Positions 45,510-58,320 of a stretch of 64,000 nt of DNA are shown one piece after another. Position numbers and translations under genes: made by a program. Location: contig NW_026515668.1 in NCBI RefSeq assembly GCF_025526975.1, positions 62,001 to 126,000 on the forward strand, written 5' to 3'. The first letter of the stretch is position 1. Each line of letters opens with the position of its first letter. The notes beneath the pieces are model-generated. The model was not told the origin of the DNA, ran no database searches, and saw only the letters and a list, made by a program, of their open reading frames with translations. This DNA is from Fimicolochytrium jonesii (Eukaryota).

Positions 45510-46358
45510 CTACATGCTAGCAGACAGCTTCTCGGCCAACTGCTTCAGCTCAGCCTTGTCGGCTTCCTTGCCCGGCCACCCGACGCCCAAGCCTTCGGTC
45601 TCGTTGGGCTTGGGGATGATGTGGAAGTGCACGTGCTCTACGACTTGGTGGGCTAGTTTTCCGTTGTTCTGATAGGGGAGAGAGGGGTATAAGTAGAGAC
45701 GCCGGTGCGTCAGGGATATAACAACGGTTCGATGACCTACCTGGAGAACGTTGTAGTTGGGCACATTTAGCGCCTTGGCGACCTTCTTTGCGACGGGGAG
45801 GATGTCAGCGAGACTCTCGTCGGAGAGCTCGTGCATGAATTGTGCATGTTCTAGGAAATCAAACAATATCGAGTCACCATCATCCGTTATCGAGTCACCA
45901 TCATCCGTTTCGCTTCTGACGCGTACTCCCCATCATGCCCATACACTTACGTTTGGGAATCACCAACTGTTTGCATCACATGCGGCAAGAGAGCATCCAA
46001 TGGTGAAGTTTGTTGAGTCCATCATTTTTTCTCCACGTAACCCAGCACGGTGCACTCATCGCCTCCTACTCACAGTCTGCGTTTGTTACTTCCAAAGTCA
46101 GCGTTCGGTGCTTCCTCAAATTGGAAAGGCAGCCCATACCAGTCATTACTCACATGTCCCTTAGCGATAGGTCCAACGTCCAGAAACGCATAGGTGAGCT
46201 CCGTCTCTATCACTTTGAACGACGGGATGGCTCCCTTGATGATCTGCGAGTCGGAGAGTAAAAAACGTGTGAGGGGCTTGACTGGTATAGGGAGGACCAA
46301 GCTCTTGCAAATATGGCAAGGCCCAACATACCTTGCAGAAGATGCAGTTGGCTGCCAT
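45510..46358 (-). CDS. HNT1: HIT-family nucleotide hydrolase HNT1/HINT (multi-exon, including 3-nt and 16-nt exons)
   Basis: MAANCIFCK/IIKGAIPSFKV...AFLDVGPIAKGH/T/LVIPK/...YNVLQ/NNGKLAHQVVEHVHFHIIPK, containing the HxHxH triad. Confidence 0.95.
45867..45908 (+). repeat. Perfect 21-bp tandem duplication in an HNT1 intron
   Basis: tatcgagtcaccatcatccgt occurs twice in tandem. Confidence 0.9.
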
Positions 46359-46809
46359 TGCGATGATGTTATGGGTTCCCCGATGGTTGACTGTCAAGGT
46401 AAGTGAGGGTTGAAGTTGAACTTGGGAAGCAGCGGGTGACAGCGAAGCAACTGGAGAACACAGGCGGAACCGCGCTGTCGAAATCAGCGGGATTCCCATA
46501 TTGACAGGACGCAAGCAGCCCTCTGTGCGCCACCCTCTGGGGGACTTGATGTAGAGTGCGGATATCACCTTCCTAGTTCTGAGACACTTCCCGTCCTCCG
46601 GTGATCCAGCTATCCAAGTTATCTGATTGCAGCAGACTGAGCCCAGAAAGCCTCACCCGAACGTTCGCAGCTTAGACCCTCAGACCTCTCTTTCTCATCC
46701 GAGTTCAAAGCGCATACTGGCGCCTGCAGCATAGCATCCTCTAGCTCAATATCAATAACTTAGTAGATTCCAAAGCAAGTGACCACGCATAGCCGTAGCA
46801 TTCAACAAT

Positions 46810-49154
46810 ATGCCAGATTCCAAACATGCCGTTCGGTTGAAATCAATTGGTAGGTTTGTATTTGCTCGTCATGGACGACCAGATCTAGTGCTCAGGTGTA
46901 CCTTATCCTTTGCAGTGTACCCCACCGACCCTCAAACCATCGTCGCCGAGATCTCTGCAGCGGGCGCCGCAACGCCATGCGATCCCACCGATCCAGCGTA
47001 CAACACGCTGGCCAAACTGTCCACGGTCAGATGGTAGGCAGACGCTAAATATACGACGTATGCAAGATCTTCTCAAAAATTCATGAATGTATATGCTTGT
47101 ACCCATTTCGCAGGCTTCCGCCACTCATACCAACATCCAATGACAAACACCGCAACCCACTATACATCGAGGCGGAACCTAATGTATTGCGCGACGCTGG
47201 TAAGGAACCATAGTATCCTATCCTGCATTGACCCCTCCCGCCTAGCGTTCTGAAACTTGCCTCTCCATGCTTGAAGCGAAACTGAACTTCCCACGCAAAG
47301 ACATCATGCAGTCATATAGGGAGAGGGAGTTCCTAAAAGTAATACTTTGTGGGAGATGCGTGCCATCCTCCTAACTGACAGATGCTGGAGCTGTTTTCTG
47401 CGACCGCTGAATGCTCATCTTTAACGTTTCCTAGAGCAATCCGAATTCTCGCTTTATACTCGTGTTCCGTGCACAGACTCTCGCCGCGAAAGCCGAAAAT
47501 AAGGAGTGTAAGCATATAGCTAGCCACATCACCACTCTTCTCTTCACTTTGTTGTTTCGATCGTCAGTGCACTCCTGACGCATCTCCCATCCCATGCTTT
47601 TCTCCATTACATCAAACAGCGACGCCCGCCTCCCGCACACCCCACTCCGCCACCACCATCCCACTCTCCAAACGCCTCATCCGCCGCCTCAGCCGCGACC
47701 CCGAGTTCATGCAACAAGTCCAAGACGCCCATTTGCACTCCGCACCCAATGACAGCCGACATCGACGAGCCCGTGCTGCTGTCCTGGAGACTGGCGCTGG
47801 AACGGTCCCGGGAAGTGGGGATACGAAGCGCCGCGGTAGAAAACGGGTCAAAGCCCCGGTCGAGAGAAACGATGAAACAGTACCAGCGACACACGACGCA
47901 CCCCAAGCAGCCCTCGACGACGACCAACTACCACCTCCCCATCGCAGCGATCCATCCCATAATCACGTCAACGATGAAGACAACGACATCCAACCCCATC
48001 ATACAAAGAAACCTCCCCGATTCCACCCACCCCGCACGCAATCCCTCGCCGACGTGCTCCGATGGGAAAAAGAAAGCCCGTTTTGGCGGCTCAAGGGGCG
48101 GCGGAAACATGGGGAGGAGGGAGTTCAATCACAGCGACGACATGGGCGTCGACATGGGGAAGGAGAGGGACAGGGAGATGGCGGTGAAGAAGAGGCGGCG
48201 TTGAGATATACGTACGAGTTTGGTCCGCCGGGCGGGATAGACATGGAGGAGGTATGTGTTCCGACCTCTCGATGACTCGAAACGTTGTCGAGCAATCATT
48301 TTCACACTCTTTGCAACTAAGGATGTTCTGTTGAACACATTCACGGATGTGACCCGCAAAGGCACGCAGATCCAGCGTAGCGGGCGGGTCGCGCTCGCTG
48401 ATGCTGGGCTTGTAACGTTGGGGGTTGTTGGTGATGATGCGAAAGGAAAGCATCTGCCGTCATCTGCGGCGTCATCGGCGTCGTCAGCTCCTTCGGCGGC
48501 GACGAGGGAGTCGGGTGAATTGACGGGTCAAGCGGAGCTGAAGCATAGGGATCGCATGGTGAGTTCCTAAACCTTTGCGGTTTGTGAAGGAGATTTTGGG
48601 ACGGCCAAGATACCCTTACTAAACTCATCCCCCCAACGAAGCAGGTCACGACAGCCCATCACGCCGCACCCCCACCGCACACCGATACCGCCGCCTCAAC
48701 CACATCAACGCCCCACGTGCCCGTCCCAGCCGCCACCAAACCCGTCCCGCCCACAATCACAAAACCCTCAACCCGCGGGCCTGCCGCCGTAACCACCGCA
48801 CACGCCTACCCCTCCAAACCCAAACCCATGCCCCTCCCCGCCCTGCCCCGCACATCCCTCATTAACACCAACTCTCTCCCCCGAACAACCGCCCTAACAG
48901 CAGCACGCTCCCTCTTCGCATCCCTCCCCTCCCTCCCCCTCCCCTGCCTCCCACCGCCTCCGGCACCCACAACCTACCACCACAAAGTACACACGACGAG
49001 CACGCTGCTGTTTATCCAGCAGTCGCAGAAGGCGCATGCGGAGCTTGTTGGGGCGTTGAGGCAACGGTTGGTTAGGAGGGTGAGGGTGGGTGCGGGGGAT
49101 GGGGTGGAGGTGTCCAGGGTCTGGGGGAGGGTTAGGGGTGGAGCGTGGAAGTGA
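46810..49154 (+). CDS. Hypothetical multi-exon protein
   Basis: Coding-like exons (MPDSKHAVRLKSI, VYPTDPQTIVAE, FMQQVQDAH...LADVLRWEKE, DVLLNTFTDV, LLFIQQSQKAHAELV) separated by GT-AG introns. Structure is approximate. Confidence 0.55.
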
Positions 49155-49415
49155 GGGTTAGTCGGCGTGTTGATTGATGGGTGTTTGATGTACTTCTGCT
49201 ATCTTGGACGTGGACGATCGACCACAGACGATTGCCTTCCACATCCGACTCCAATCCACAAGTGTTTCCGAATACAGATTTCCTGTTTCATTTTCTCATC
49301 ACAATTGCATCTCATATATAGTACAACTCCCCTAGAAGTAGTTTGGCAGAAGTAGTCGATAGGAGTAGCCGTCGATCCACGCTTCCCGATATCGAGTAGA
49401 ATTCCACCTTTCAAG

Positions 49416-51128
49416 TCAGTCGGTCTCCATAGAGTCGGACCCTCCTGTCTGGTTCAGACGATCTACACGTTTTTGGGATAGAGGATCAGTATCCTTTCCG
49501 GCTTAACGTTGATTGTGGAAGTAAGAGATTACATACCTTGCACCGCCTGGAGGAACGTTTGCAAAGCTGATAGAACCCCGCGGGGAGAATGAGTTAGTAG
49601 ACGGGTCAGGGGAACCTCACAAGCAGATGGTCTAGTCGGGGTTCTCTAACCTTCCGTGTTGCTGTTCGGACCTGTGAGTCGTTCGCAAAGTCGTGGAGGC
49701 GATAATTAGCAAACAATGGAATAACAGATTAACAGAAGAAGCGGAGAAACCACATACCTAGCTGTCCAATCAAGCTGTTTAGCTGTCCGGTACGCAAAGC
49801 TGCACTAAGAGAGCGGGCCGATTCGCGGAAGTCAGCGCCGTTCATGATCGTCTGAGCAACAGATGAAAATTTAGGAGAGGATGAAGCGTTTGATTGAATA
49901 GTCGGCGCAGCTTACCTGAATCTCCGCGGTTGTACGATTGTCCTTTGGCGGGAGGTTTGGGAACAATGCCCTTGAAATTTCGGTGTTGCTTAGGATCGGT
50001 TGCACCATTTCTGGAGTGATCACGCCCAGAACCTCATCCGCTGGAAAAAAAAAAGGGATTGTAGGCATGAGAACCATATTCGCGTACCGTGCTTCGGAGG
50101 CCATGTTAACACCAACAGGAAAAGAGATAGCCATAGGCTTACCTGGCTCAGCCTCCCTATCTGAAACACTGATATTTGCCAAAACACGGCGGATCTGTTC
50201 CAGCTGGGCAGTGGTGGAGCCATCAGGCGACAATGGGGTTTGTTCTCTGCGCGCGAGAAAATCAGTACCAATCGTTCGATCGGGGGCATCGAAGGGGTAG
50301 GTCCCTCCACCTTTGACTCTGCTGCAAAACGGACAAGAAGTCGCTCTCGAAGCCGCCAGCCGACGGAGGGTTGTTGATGATGGAGTTCACTTTCCGCGCC
50401 AACTCTTCGTCCCTGTCCGCTTTTGGTTCTGTAATCGCATTTTGCGTGAGACTCTCGATTTGTGGGATGTGATGCCCCTCGCGGAAACACGGACGGGCAG
50501 GAGTACCACATATCGGCTCATCGCTTCGCCATACCTTGCAGCCAAAAGAACAGTCGTTGCGATGATGACTTGAACTTCAGCACATACACGCGCCCCTCGG
50601 ACTGCGTCACCTTCAGGAAATCGGCCTCTTCTGGGAAGATAATAAGATCATCCTCTATCGCTCCCGTGCGACGATCTTTCCAATACAGGTGCATAAGCCC
50701 ATCCTGCCAAGTGTCCAACCAAATCCAGTCATCAGTTTCCGCTCCCCACCGTGCGTGCCACCACCCGTCTCTCCCTCTATCGCAAGAAAAGGGCTCTTCC
50801 TTACATCGCCCTGGTTCATGTACAGCAGTCTGCGGGATTTGAACGCGTCATGTGAGCGTGGGTGATGGCCTTACAGATCACCCAACATCGACACATACCC
50901 TTTGCGAGCCTCCGGCGTAACGCGAGTGCCTTCTCGGGTGCATTTGCCTTTTTCCAACAGCGTCAAATAGAAATTGCGACGTACGGAGATCGTTAGCGGA
51001 AAAGTCGGTCGCCGGGAGATGCTAGGCGGGATGTCCCTACCGGCTCTGAACGAAACGAGACCTTCAGCGCCGTGCTGGGCAGCGGGTGCCGCGCCGAAGA
51101 TATTACCACCTGCTGAGCGGGTTGCCAT
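49416..51128 (-). CDS. RPN13: 26S proteasome ubiquitin receptor RPN13/ADRM1, multi-exon
   Basis: LVSFRAG/KC...VTPEARKG/LLYMNQGD/DGLMHLYWKDR...EDDLIIFPEEADFLKV...GRVYVLKFKSSSQRLFFWLQ forms the Pru domain, followed by DEUBAD-like C-terminal exons. Confidence 0.93.
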
Positions 51129-51325
51129 TGTTTGCGCGTGCGGGCGGGCGAGGACGAGTGGAAAGTGAGACGATTAAAGGGTAGAAGCTGGGTCGAGCGT
51201 CCACCTTCAACTTCCGGAAGCGACGCAACTGTCTGGTTTCCCACGCGTCGGTCAACCCTCCAGATCCACTCCAAGCATTCGCGACCAAGTGGACGGAGAC
51301 GGTCATGTATACATACGTAGTATTC

Positions 51326-51361
51326 AACCCTGGACCTGATCTAACCCTAACCTAACCCTAG
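51326..51361 (+). repeat. Short interstitial telomere-like (CCCTAA)n tract
   Basis: caaccctggacctgatctaaccctaacctaaccctag, about 200 nt upstream of the RPN13 ATG. Confidence 0.6.
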
Positions 51362-53380
51362 GCGTTCAGTTGGAAACACAACGAAAAGGGAAGTTTGCAT
51401 ATAGGCTCATAGAACAGCGACGGGTCAAAAAAAACCGAGGAAATGGCCGAGCAGAGGTCCAAATCCAGTCCGTTGGGAAGGATGCCAAACAACAGGATAA
51501 GAACGATGTGGCCCAGATGTATATGACAACCATCTCGAGTATCCATATTTTCCGTTGATCGTCATGAAGAATGTCCAATCGGTCAGCAAGAGCTGCAAGA
51601 TCATCCCGCGGTGGTCCAAAGCTTGCGTGGACAGATCATATTCTTTTCCTTACGTTTTGTGTCCAGGGGAGTGGGTTGGTCTTATTCCGTTCGTGCCAAA
51701 GTAAGCACCACATTGCCACCACAAACCGAGCAGCCAACACTTGATTCCGCATCACTTCCTGTATCAATTTCTCCTACCGATCGTCATCAAAAGCCAGATG
51801 GTCAGCAACATCACGTGGCCCATTTGGGATGCCCTCGAAAAGGGAAGGATTTGCCTACTTTGTGTGTACGACGGAATCGTTTCGCCTTCTTCCACTTCTT
51901 GGCTTCAGCGAGGTGATTGCGATCGATGGTAGACCCCGGCTCATCGTGAACCATTGCAATCTCTAGCACACATCGTTCGTTTGTTTCCTATTGGTCGCCA
52001 TACAATCCCCCATCTTCAGCAAGATGAGTAATGTAAGCTCGGACGTAGGTTTTTATTCACTGTTCCGGCAGATCGCTTTTAGTCCAGCATGGAAGGTTCT
52101 TTTCCAGTAGGAAGTGAGGAAAGCGATACGTCTGGATACAGCGGGCATTCTCCATCTTACAGTATTTGAAGCCCATATCATAGCACCAAACCTTTTGTTG
52201 TGTGTGTGAACGGAGCCCTTGGGGGCAGAGGGTTGACAATGAAGACGATGGACCATAACTACCCGCTGACCAATCAATATCATGACACTTGAGGAACGCA
52301 CATGGAGCATTCAATGCAGTATGCGGGATGGATCTGCAGTCAGGATCACATTGTGGAACTTGGACGGCGCCGGCCAAGAGCAAAATCAACCTTCCCAACG
52401 CCATCAGGTTCCACAACAAGGTTCTGGATGTTATTCGACACTGGACAGGCAGCGGACTCGGAAATCGCAGAGCTCCTGAATACCGTCGCGGCGTCCTTTA
52501 AAACTGGGCAACTACGCAATAATTCGACAGCGCAACTAGCTGTCACTTTTGGCCTGCGAAGACGAGCCGCTGAAATGGAAACTTTGCCAGCGACTGAAAG
52601 GAACGGAGGAGCTGCCGGACTTGCAACGCCATCCCGCCCGACCGAGCAAGACGCAATCCCGCGACTTCCGCGGCGGCGCTCAGAGAATTGTTCCACTTCA
52701 ACCGGACCATCACAGAGGCAACCATGGCGGTTGGAGCGTGCAGAGGATTCTTCGTGCACTATTTTGCACCTATTCCATATCTCCATCCGTCGCCGCCCTT
52801 CCCGCGCCTCTCATATTCCTGCCTCCTCCCCTCTTCCCTCTTCATGGCCCGCGACTTCCTGCCCCTTCTTGAGCGCCTGCTCCCCTGTTCGCGCCAAAGG
52901 AGGCGCACGCCCACTATTGGTGCGTCATGAATTCCCTCCCGGTATAGTTCTTGATGTCGATCATGCGAACTCTCTTGTGATGGGTGGTGCTGCACCAAAG
53001 CTTTCCTCGACACGGTTCCCTACATATACGAACGGTTTTGGAAATGGATGGACGTGCGAGCCCCCCTGGGAGCGTCTGGCGGAGTTTACGACGGTACGAG
53101 AAGCTACGTGTGTTTTCAAATTGGGACTGATTATGCCCTTTCAGCGACGCTCGGATTATGTTGACTTGGTTCAGCATTTCAATTTACGGGATGGAAGTTC
53201 TTCTGTCATGACAATAGCTTACAATTTACAACCCATCTGATGCATATTCCGACCTTTTAATTTAAAATTTACATGTCCTGTTGGACGTCGACGACTCTTC
53301 TCAATAAGGCTGCATGAAAGCGCCGCAATGCACATCAGTGGTCAAGTTCTCTGCCAGACAGACCGATGGCGCCCTCACCA

Positions 53381-54362
53381 CTATTTGCCAGCGCTATGTA
53401 CCGCCAGCAGGCCCGAGAGGTCGATCGATGTGCCCTGACGCTCCTACATGAAGTCCCAGAGTTGGCCGCAGTCAGTCCTCATCCCAGAATTCTCAAGGCC
53501 ATGCATCCCATGCACACACGTACATTCTTGTAGCTCAGCATCAGCTCCTTGAAAGCAGTAAACTCCGCCAGGCTGCTCAGAACATCAAATACATCCCCAT
53601 CTAGAGCTTCCTTCCGAGATCTACCGCGTTCCAAACAGGTCACTGTCAGTTCTTTTTGTCAAGTTGTCAGCAAAGGCAAACCAGGTCCCACTTCATCATC
53701 ATCAAAAAGGTTGACATGCTGAACCAGCTCAGCCGCGCCTTCAACCGCTTCTCTATGAATGTTTCTATGAGCTTCACCTGGAAGAGATGATGCTGGCATG
53801 AGCTTCCATCGGTCACAGTGCGGACATGGAATCTCACCAAACAGACACATACATAGCTGTGAAAGAGATCAGTGTAGACAAGCTTGTTCTCCTCGTCATC
53901 GGTAAAGACATCGCAGTTCTCTGCCATGAACGTCTCCTGTAGCTCAATGAAATATGGGTCTGATGGAGCAGGTTGAATCAGCCCGTAGTCCAGTATCAAA
54001 TGTTATGTCTCATTTGAAATGACATACATACCCATGAGCATATCTTCTAGCTCGCCCACGACTTCGTCGAACTGGACATCTGCACTGCTGCATTTGCTGA
54101 AAGGCCAAGCGGAATCAGCGTTTTGATCAGGGCAATGCTGTTGACCTGGCTTCATGCGCTTTAAATATGGAAGCCAGTTCTGCGTCGCCATCGTATCCTC
54201 TAATCTCGCAAAACCGACAAATGGCGCGCGCAGGTTCCCCACCCACCTGCTCTTGGCCACCACCTCTTCCCCTTCCCCGTCGCTTTCTTTCAAGCTACGC
54301 GTCGAGCTACGCGTCGAGCCGACGCGGCTACTTGAATCGAACCGGATGTCCTCCCCGTCCAC
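53381..54362 (-). CDS. ARL2BP: ARL2-binding protein (BART/ARL2BP), multi-exon
   Basis: FDEVVGELEDMLM/DPYFIELQETFM...FTDDEENKLVYTDLFHSY/VKLIETFIEKRL/GDVFDVLSSLAEFTAFKELMLSYK. Confidence 0.9.
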
Positions 54363-56711
54363 ATCGAGATCTAAGTCTGGTCACGGCAAAAGGATTGTTG
54401 GTCACCTCTGCATTCTGCCGCGAATGGGATACGAAGACTGAACCTACCTACGCGGGAGGCAGTTGCGGCCATTTCGGAGCTGATTTTGGTGAGACTGAGG
54501 TGTGTGTCGTCCTGAGTGGAACGTCCTCACTGCACGGTTGTAGCTTGAGCAAAGTTCCGTAATGTGGGTCCCGGAGTATCGCTGCCTCCTGACACTACTG
54601 AGGTGATCGAGCGTATGCAGCTACTCTCTATATGCCTGTGTAAGATGCCTGTCGTAGTTCTGGCGTTGGAATGTTGAAACTTGACGGAGCGGCTAAAAAC
54701 GCGTGACACTGCGACTTTTGGAAGCATGGACGGTTTCTGGCGGTCACTCCTGGTTCGGGGCCAGACGGTGTGGACAACTACCCAGTTTGGTCGCGGTGAA
54801 AGTCCCCGGCTAGCACCTTCAGCATAGTACACTTGCGGTCCAATCGTCCTTAGCACCATAAGCCTTGCCGAATTCACCCTCGTCCATCACGGAGGAATTT
54901 TGTCACTCCAAGCTGGTTCTCAAAGAAAGTTGGACAGGCTTCAGCCAACCTGCTAAAGTTGTTGCGCAAAGCAGAATCACGTTCAATAGCTGACGCCTGG
55001 GATGAATGGATTAGTGGGATTCGACTTGGTGTCGAGGGAAGATGGTGTGAGAGGGGCCCTGGCGGCTCAAGCGATATTTACAGCTCTCACGAAACGGACG
55101 CAATCAGTCACTAAGTGGGAGCGAGCCCCGCAGAAGCGGCGGAGAGGAATGCGAAGGGTGGAGCGGCGACAGCCGGGATCATCAGCCACAGCAACGCCAT
55201 TAGCAGCGCCCTGCAAGGCCGCCCGATCAGAGTTCAGTCCAGTGGGCAGTGGGAAAGGTCGCAATGTCAGGGGCGCGGGAGGGCAACTGTCAAAACGCAA
55301 GCACTGATTGCTGTGGCCTGCGCGATCGAGAATGCGACCAGTGCGCAGATATTGGTGGTGTGGGAGGATTTGGACGGGACGACGGCGACGGCGGGGAGGC
55401 TCAGCAATCAGAACAACGACGACTGAGATTGCGCCTCCTGGTAGCCATGCATTCCCGTTCACGCACGCAACTTCGGCGATTGGCTAGTCTCCCGAGTTGC
55501 AATGCTCGTCCAACCGTCTCCCCGCCGTTGCCCGATACGATGGATACCTAACCCTTCCAGAACCCAGAGGCGTCCAAACAGTAGCTGTCAAATCATGATC
55601 CGGACATTTCGTGGACGACGCGATGGTCCTTGTGGTTCACTTACCTATCATCATCGTTGATGGGGACGGGTGACGAGAAAGTCAACAATGATTTTCACCG
55701 GAACCCGGCATTGTAGGTCGAAGAGGAGGTTAAAGCCTGGAAAGCGAAAGATGGTGACGACTAGCTACTGGGAGAGTGCACCGGCCAAAAAACGACAACG
55801 CAAAGAAAAACCTCTTCCTGTCTCATCAATTGTCTGACAACTTGTTCGAGGATTGCATATCGATGAAGCAAGACCGTACGAGTACGTTTCATCATACCGT
55901 GCAACAAGCCGTGGCCGAATGTGGTCGTGGGATCGGCGACCGCTGCAAAGACGTCCTCCGATATAACGGGGAAAGCTGTCCCTCTTCTTTCCAACACCTC
56001 AACACGCCCGGCCTCTGTAAGGCGACCATGTCTCCGATCGATATGACGAGGATAGTGGAAAACAATACCAAAGATTGAGCGGTTGATGGAGGATGATGTA
56101 TTTACCAGGTATTTCTCTCTGTGAATTTGCTGCTACATTATCTTCTATCAATACGTCCTGGTTGCGGGCGGATGAGCGGGCATGGGTCTTTGGAAGTGGA
56201 ATAAGGGAACAGTGGAATCAACAGATCGATCTGCGTTCATCTATCAAGATGAATGAACGCAGACGCCAGAGGGAGCAACGAATTGGAACCGACGAAGGCA
56301 GCAAGGAACGCCGCAAGCTCAGATGTTGTGGAGAAATCATCGTTCCCTCTTCGTAGATCAGTAGCATATCAGATTTCATATAGCTGTGGTTCATAATGGG
56401 TGTATCATCGTCACTTTTGAATCAAATATTTCCATCCAATGGAGTGACATCTGTTAGCCTTGATGCCGATACAAGCATTCTCAGCGGACGCTATGCATGT
56501 GTGTGTGTTGCAGGGAGAGTGGAGCGGTTGTTTGCAAAGGAAGTAATGATGCCATCTCCGAGGCAGTTTGTTCACAAGGTGACGCGTCTTTTCCCACGGC
56601 GTTGATTTTCGGCGAACGAGCACCACAACCTCCCTCAAACCCCCACCCCAAACATCTATCACAAACGCTGACCACCCACCCCCGACCTACTATACAATCC
56701 ACCTTCACCCA

Positions 56712-58152
56712 ATGTTCCGCAACCAGTAAGTTCTGCCTCATCCCGCCCTGTCTCACCCCCGTGACGTGCCGTGTGCACTGCCAGCACCCTACTATTTCCG
56801 CTAACGCGATCTTGCCAGGTACGACTCGGACATCACGATATGGTCTCCGCAGGTAAGAAAACGTTGGAGCTCAGCACGATTTTGGGCGAGAGCCCTGAGC
56901 GGTTGTCGAGATGATTCATAGCTGACACTGGGGTTTCATTTGTAGGGGAGGATCCATCAGGTGGAATATGCAATGGAAGCCGTGAAGCAGGGTTCGGCGT
57001 GCGTCGGTCTGCGCTCCAACACCCATGTTGTGATATTAGCTCTCAAGGTGCGTGTTCATGCGGAGGAGAGCGTTAGGCGAACGGGAAAGGGATGAGTTGC
57101 TGATCCTCACGATGCTCTGCAGAGATCACCCGGCGAACTGGCGTCGTACCAAAAGAAGCTGATGCGTATTGACGACCATATGGGGATTGCGATTGCTGGG
57201 TTGATGTCAGATGCGCGTGTGTTGAGGTGTGTGCCTTTGTTTTTGAGGCTGCTGAAGTGAAGGGAGGAACGCTGAGACTGATACATGTTACGAATCCAGC
57301 ACATATATGCGCGCAGAAGCTATGAAGTCGAAACTTATCTTCGACCGACCGCTGCCTATTTACCGGATCGTCGCTGCTATTGGAGACAGTGAGTCCGTCT
57401 TTTTCTAGATCGGCAGCTTGACGACGTTGCACTAACAACTTCTGTGATGTTATGTGATGTTCTTCAGAGGCCCAAGTGAACACACAACGTTACGGTCGCC
57501 GCCCCTACGGTGTAGGACTGCTCGTGGCCGGTTACGACGTGAGTACGCAAAACCGAGATACCATTTCGTTGAACTCGACCTCGCGAGCCTAATCCCAAAC
57601 TCCCGTCTCACCCATAGGACGCCGGACCACACCTCTTCGAATGCGCACCCTCCGGCAACTTCTTCGACTACTACGCCATCTCGATTGGCGCCCGGTCCCA
57701 ATCCGCAAAGACGTATCTTGAGAAGCATTTTGAGTCGTTCGCAGATGGTACGCTCTCAAAATCCTCCTTTCCGTCCGTCGAACACCGTTCCTCATTAGAT
57801 GATATGAAACAGCATCCCTCGACGACCTGATCGTGCACGGCCTACGAGCGTTGCGGGATACCATGCAGCAGGACAAGGAGCTGGATATCAAGAACTGCTC
57901 TATTGGGATTGTGGGCAAGGGTGTCAAGTACCATTCATTGGAGGGCGAGCCTGTTCAGAAGTGAGTTTGGGAACCATTACAGGCCTTAATCGTGACGCGC
58001 ATTGAGTTGTCAAGTATGCTCATCCGCACGACTTTTTTCTCCGCACATACAGATACCTCGACCTCCTTGGCGACGGTGCGGCCCCCGCCTCCACAGACGC
58101 ACCAGCAGCACAAGACGATACCGGTGCCGCGCCCATGGAAACCGACCAATAG
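56712..58152 (+). CDS. PRE5: 20S proteasome subunit alpha-6 (PRE5/PSMA1), multi-exon
   Basis: [33 protein letters not shown]...ELASYQKK...[13 protein letters not shown]...[16 protein letters not shown]...CAPSGNF...[14 protein letters not shown]. Confidence 0.96.
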
Positions 58153-58320
58153 TATTCCCGTCTCCCCACCACCAGTATATACAGAAACGATGCGAGCTGC
58201 GGGGTGTTCATAGTGGAAATGATATTTGCAAGATATGTGATTTCAAGAAGAGTTTGCATGTTATGTTGGGGGTATCTGTTGTTGTGTGAGGGAGTTTGTG
58301 GGAAAGTTTGTGGTGCAGGG

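Noticed and set aside
51210..51217. ETS-like CCGGAAGT motif upstream of RPN13 (also at 18399-18406)
   Set aside because: Two occurrences in 64 kb are not distinguishable from chance, and no ETS factors are known in fungi.
51711..51720. Near-PACE element (GGTGGCAA on the minus strand) ~590 nt upstream of RPN13
   Set aside because: It is an imperfect match, distant from the gene, and no equivalent is seen upstream of PRE5.
52302..53240. 312-aa ORF in the spacer after the telomere-like repeat
   Set aside because: No recognisable domain and composition unlike host genes. It may be chance or a degraded relic, so it is not called as a gene.
54797..54810. GAAAGTCCCCGG, matching the RNase MRP RNA CR-I motif
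   Set aside because: I found no GARAR P8 loop just downstream and no convincing CR-V (ACnnAnGGGGCUnA) partner; the only candidate is gaggggccct near 55051. An Infernal search with the RNase MRP model would settle it.
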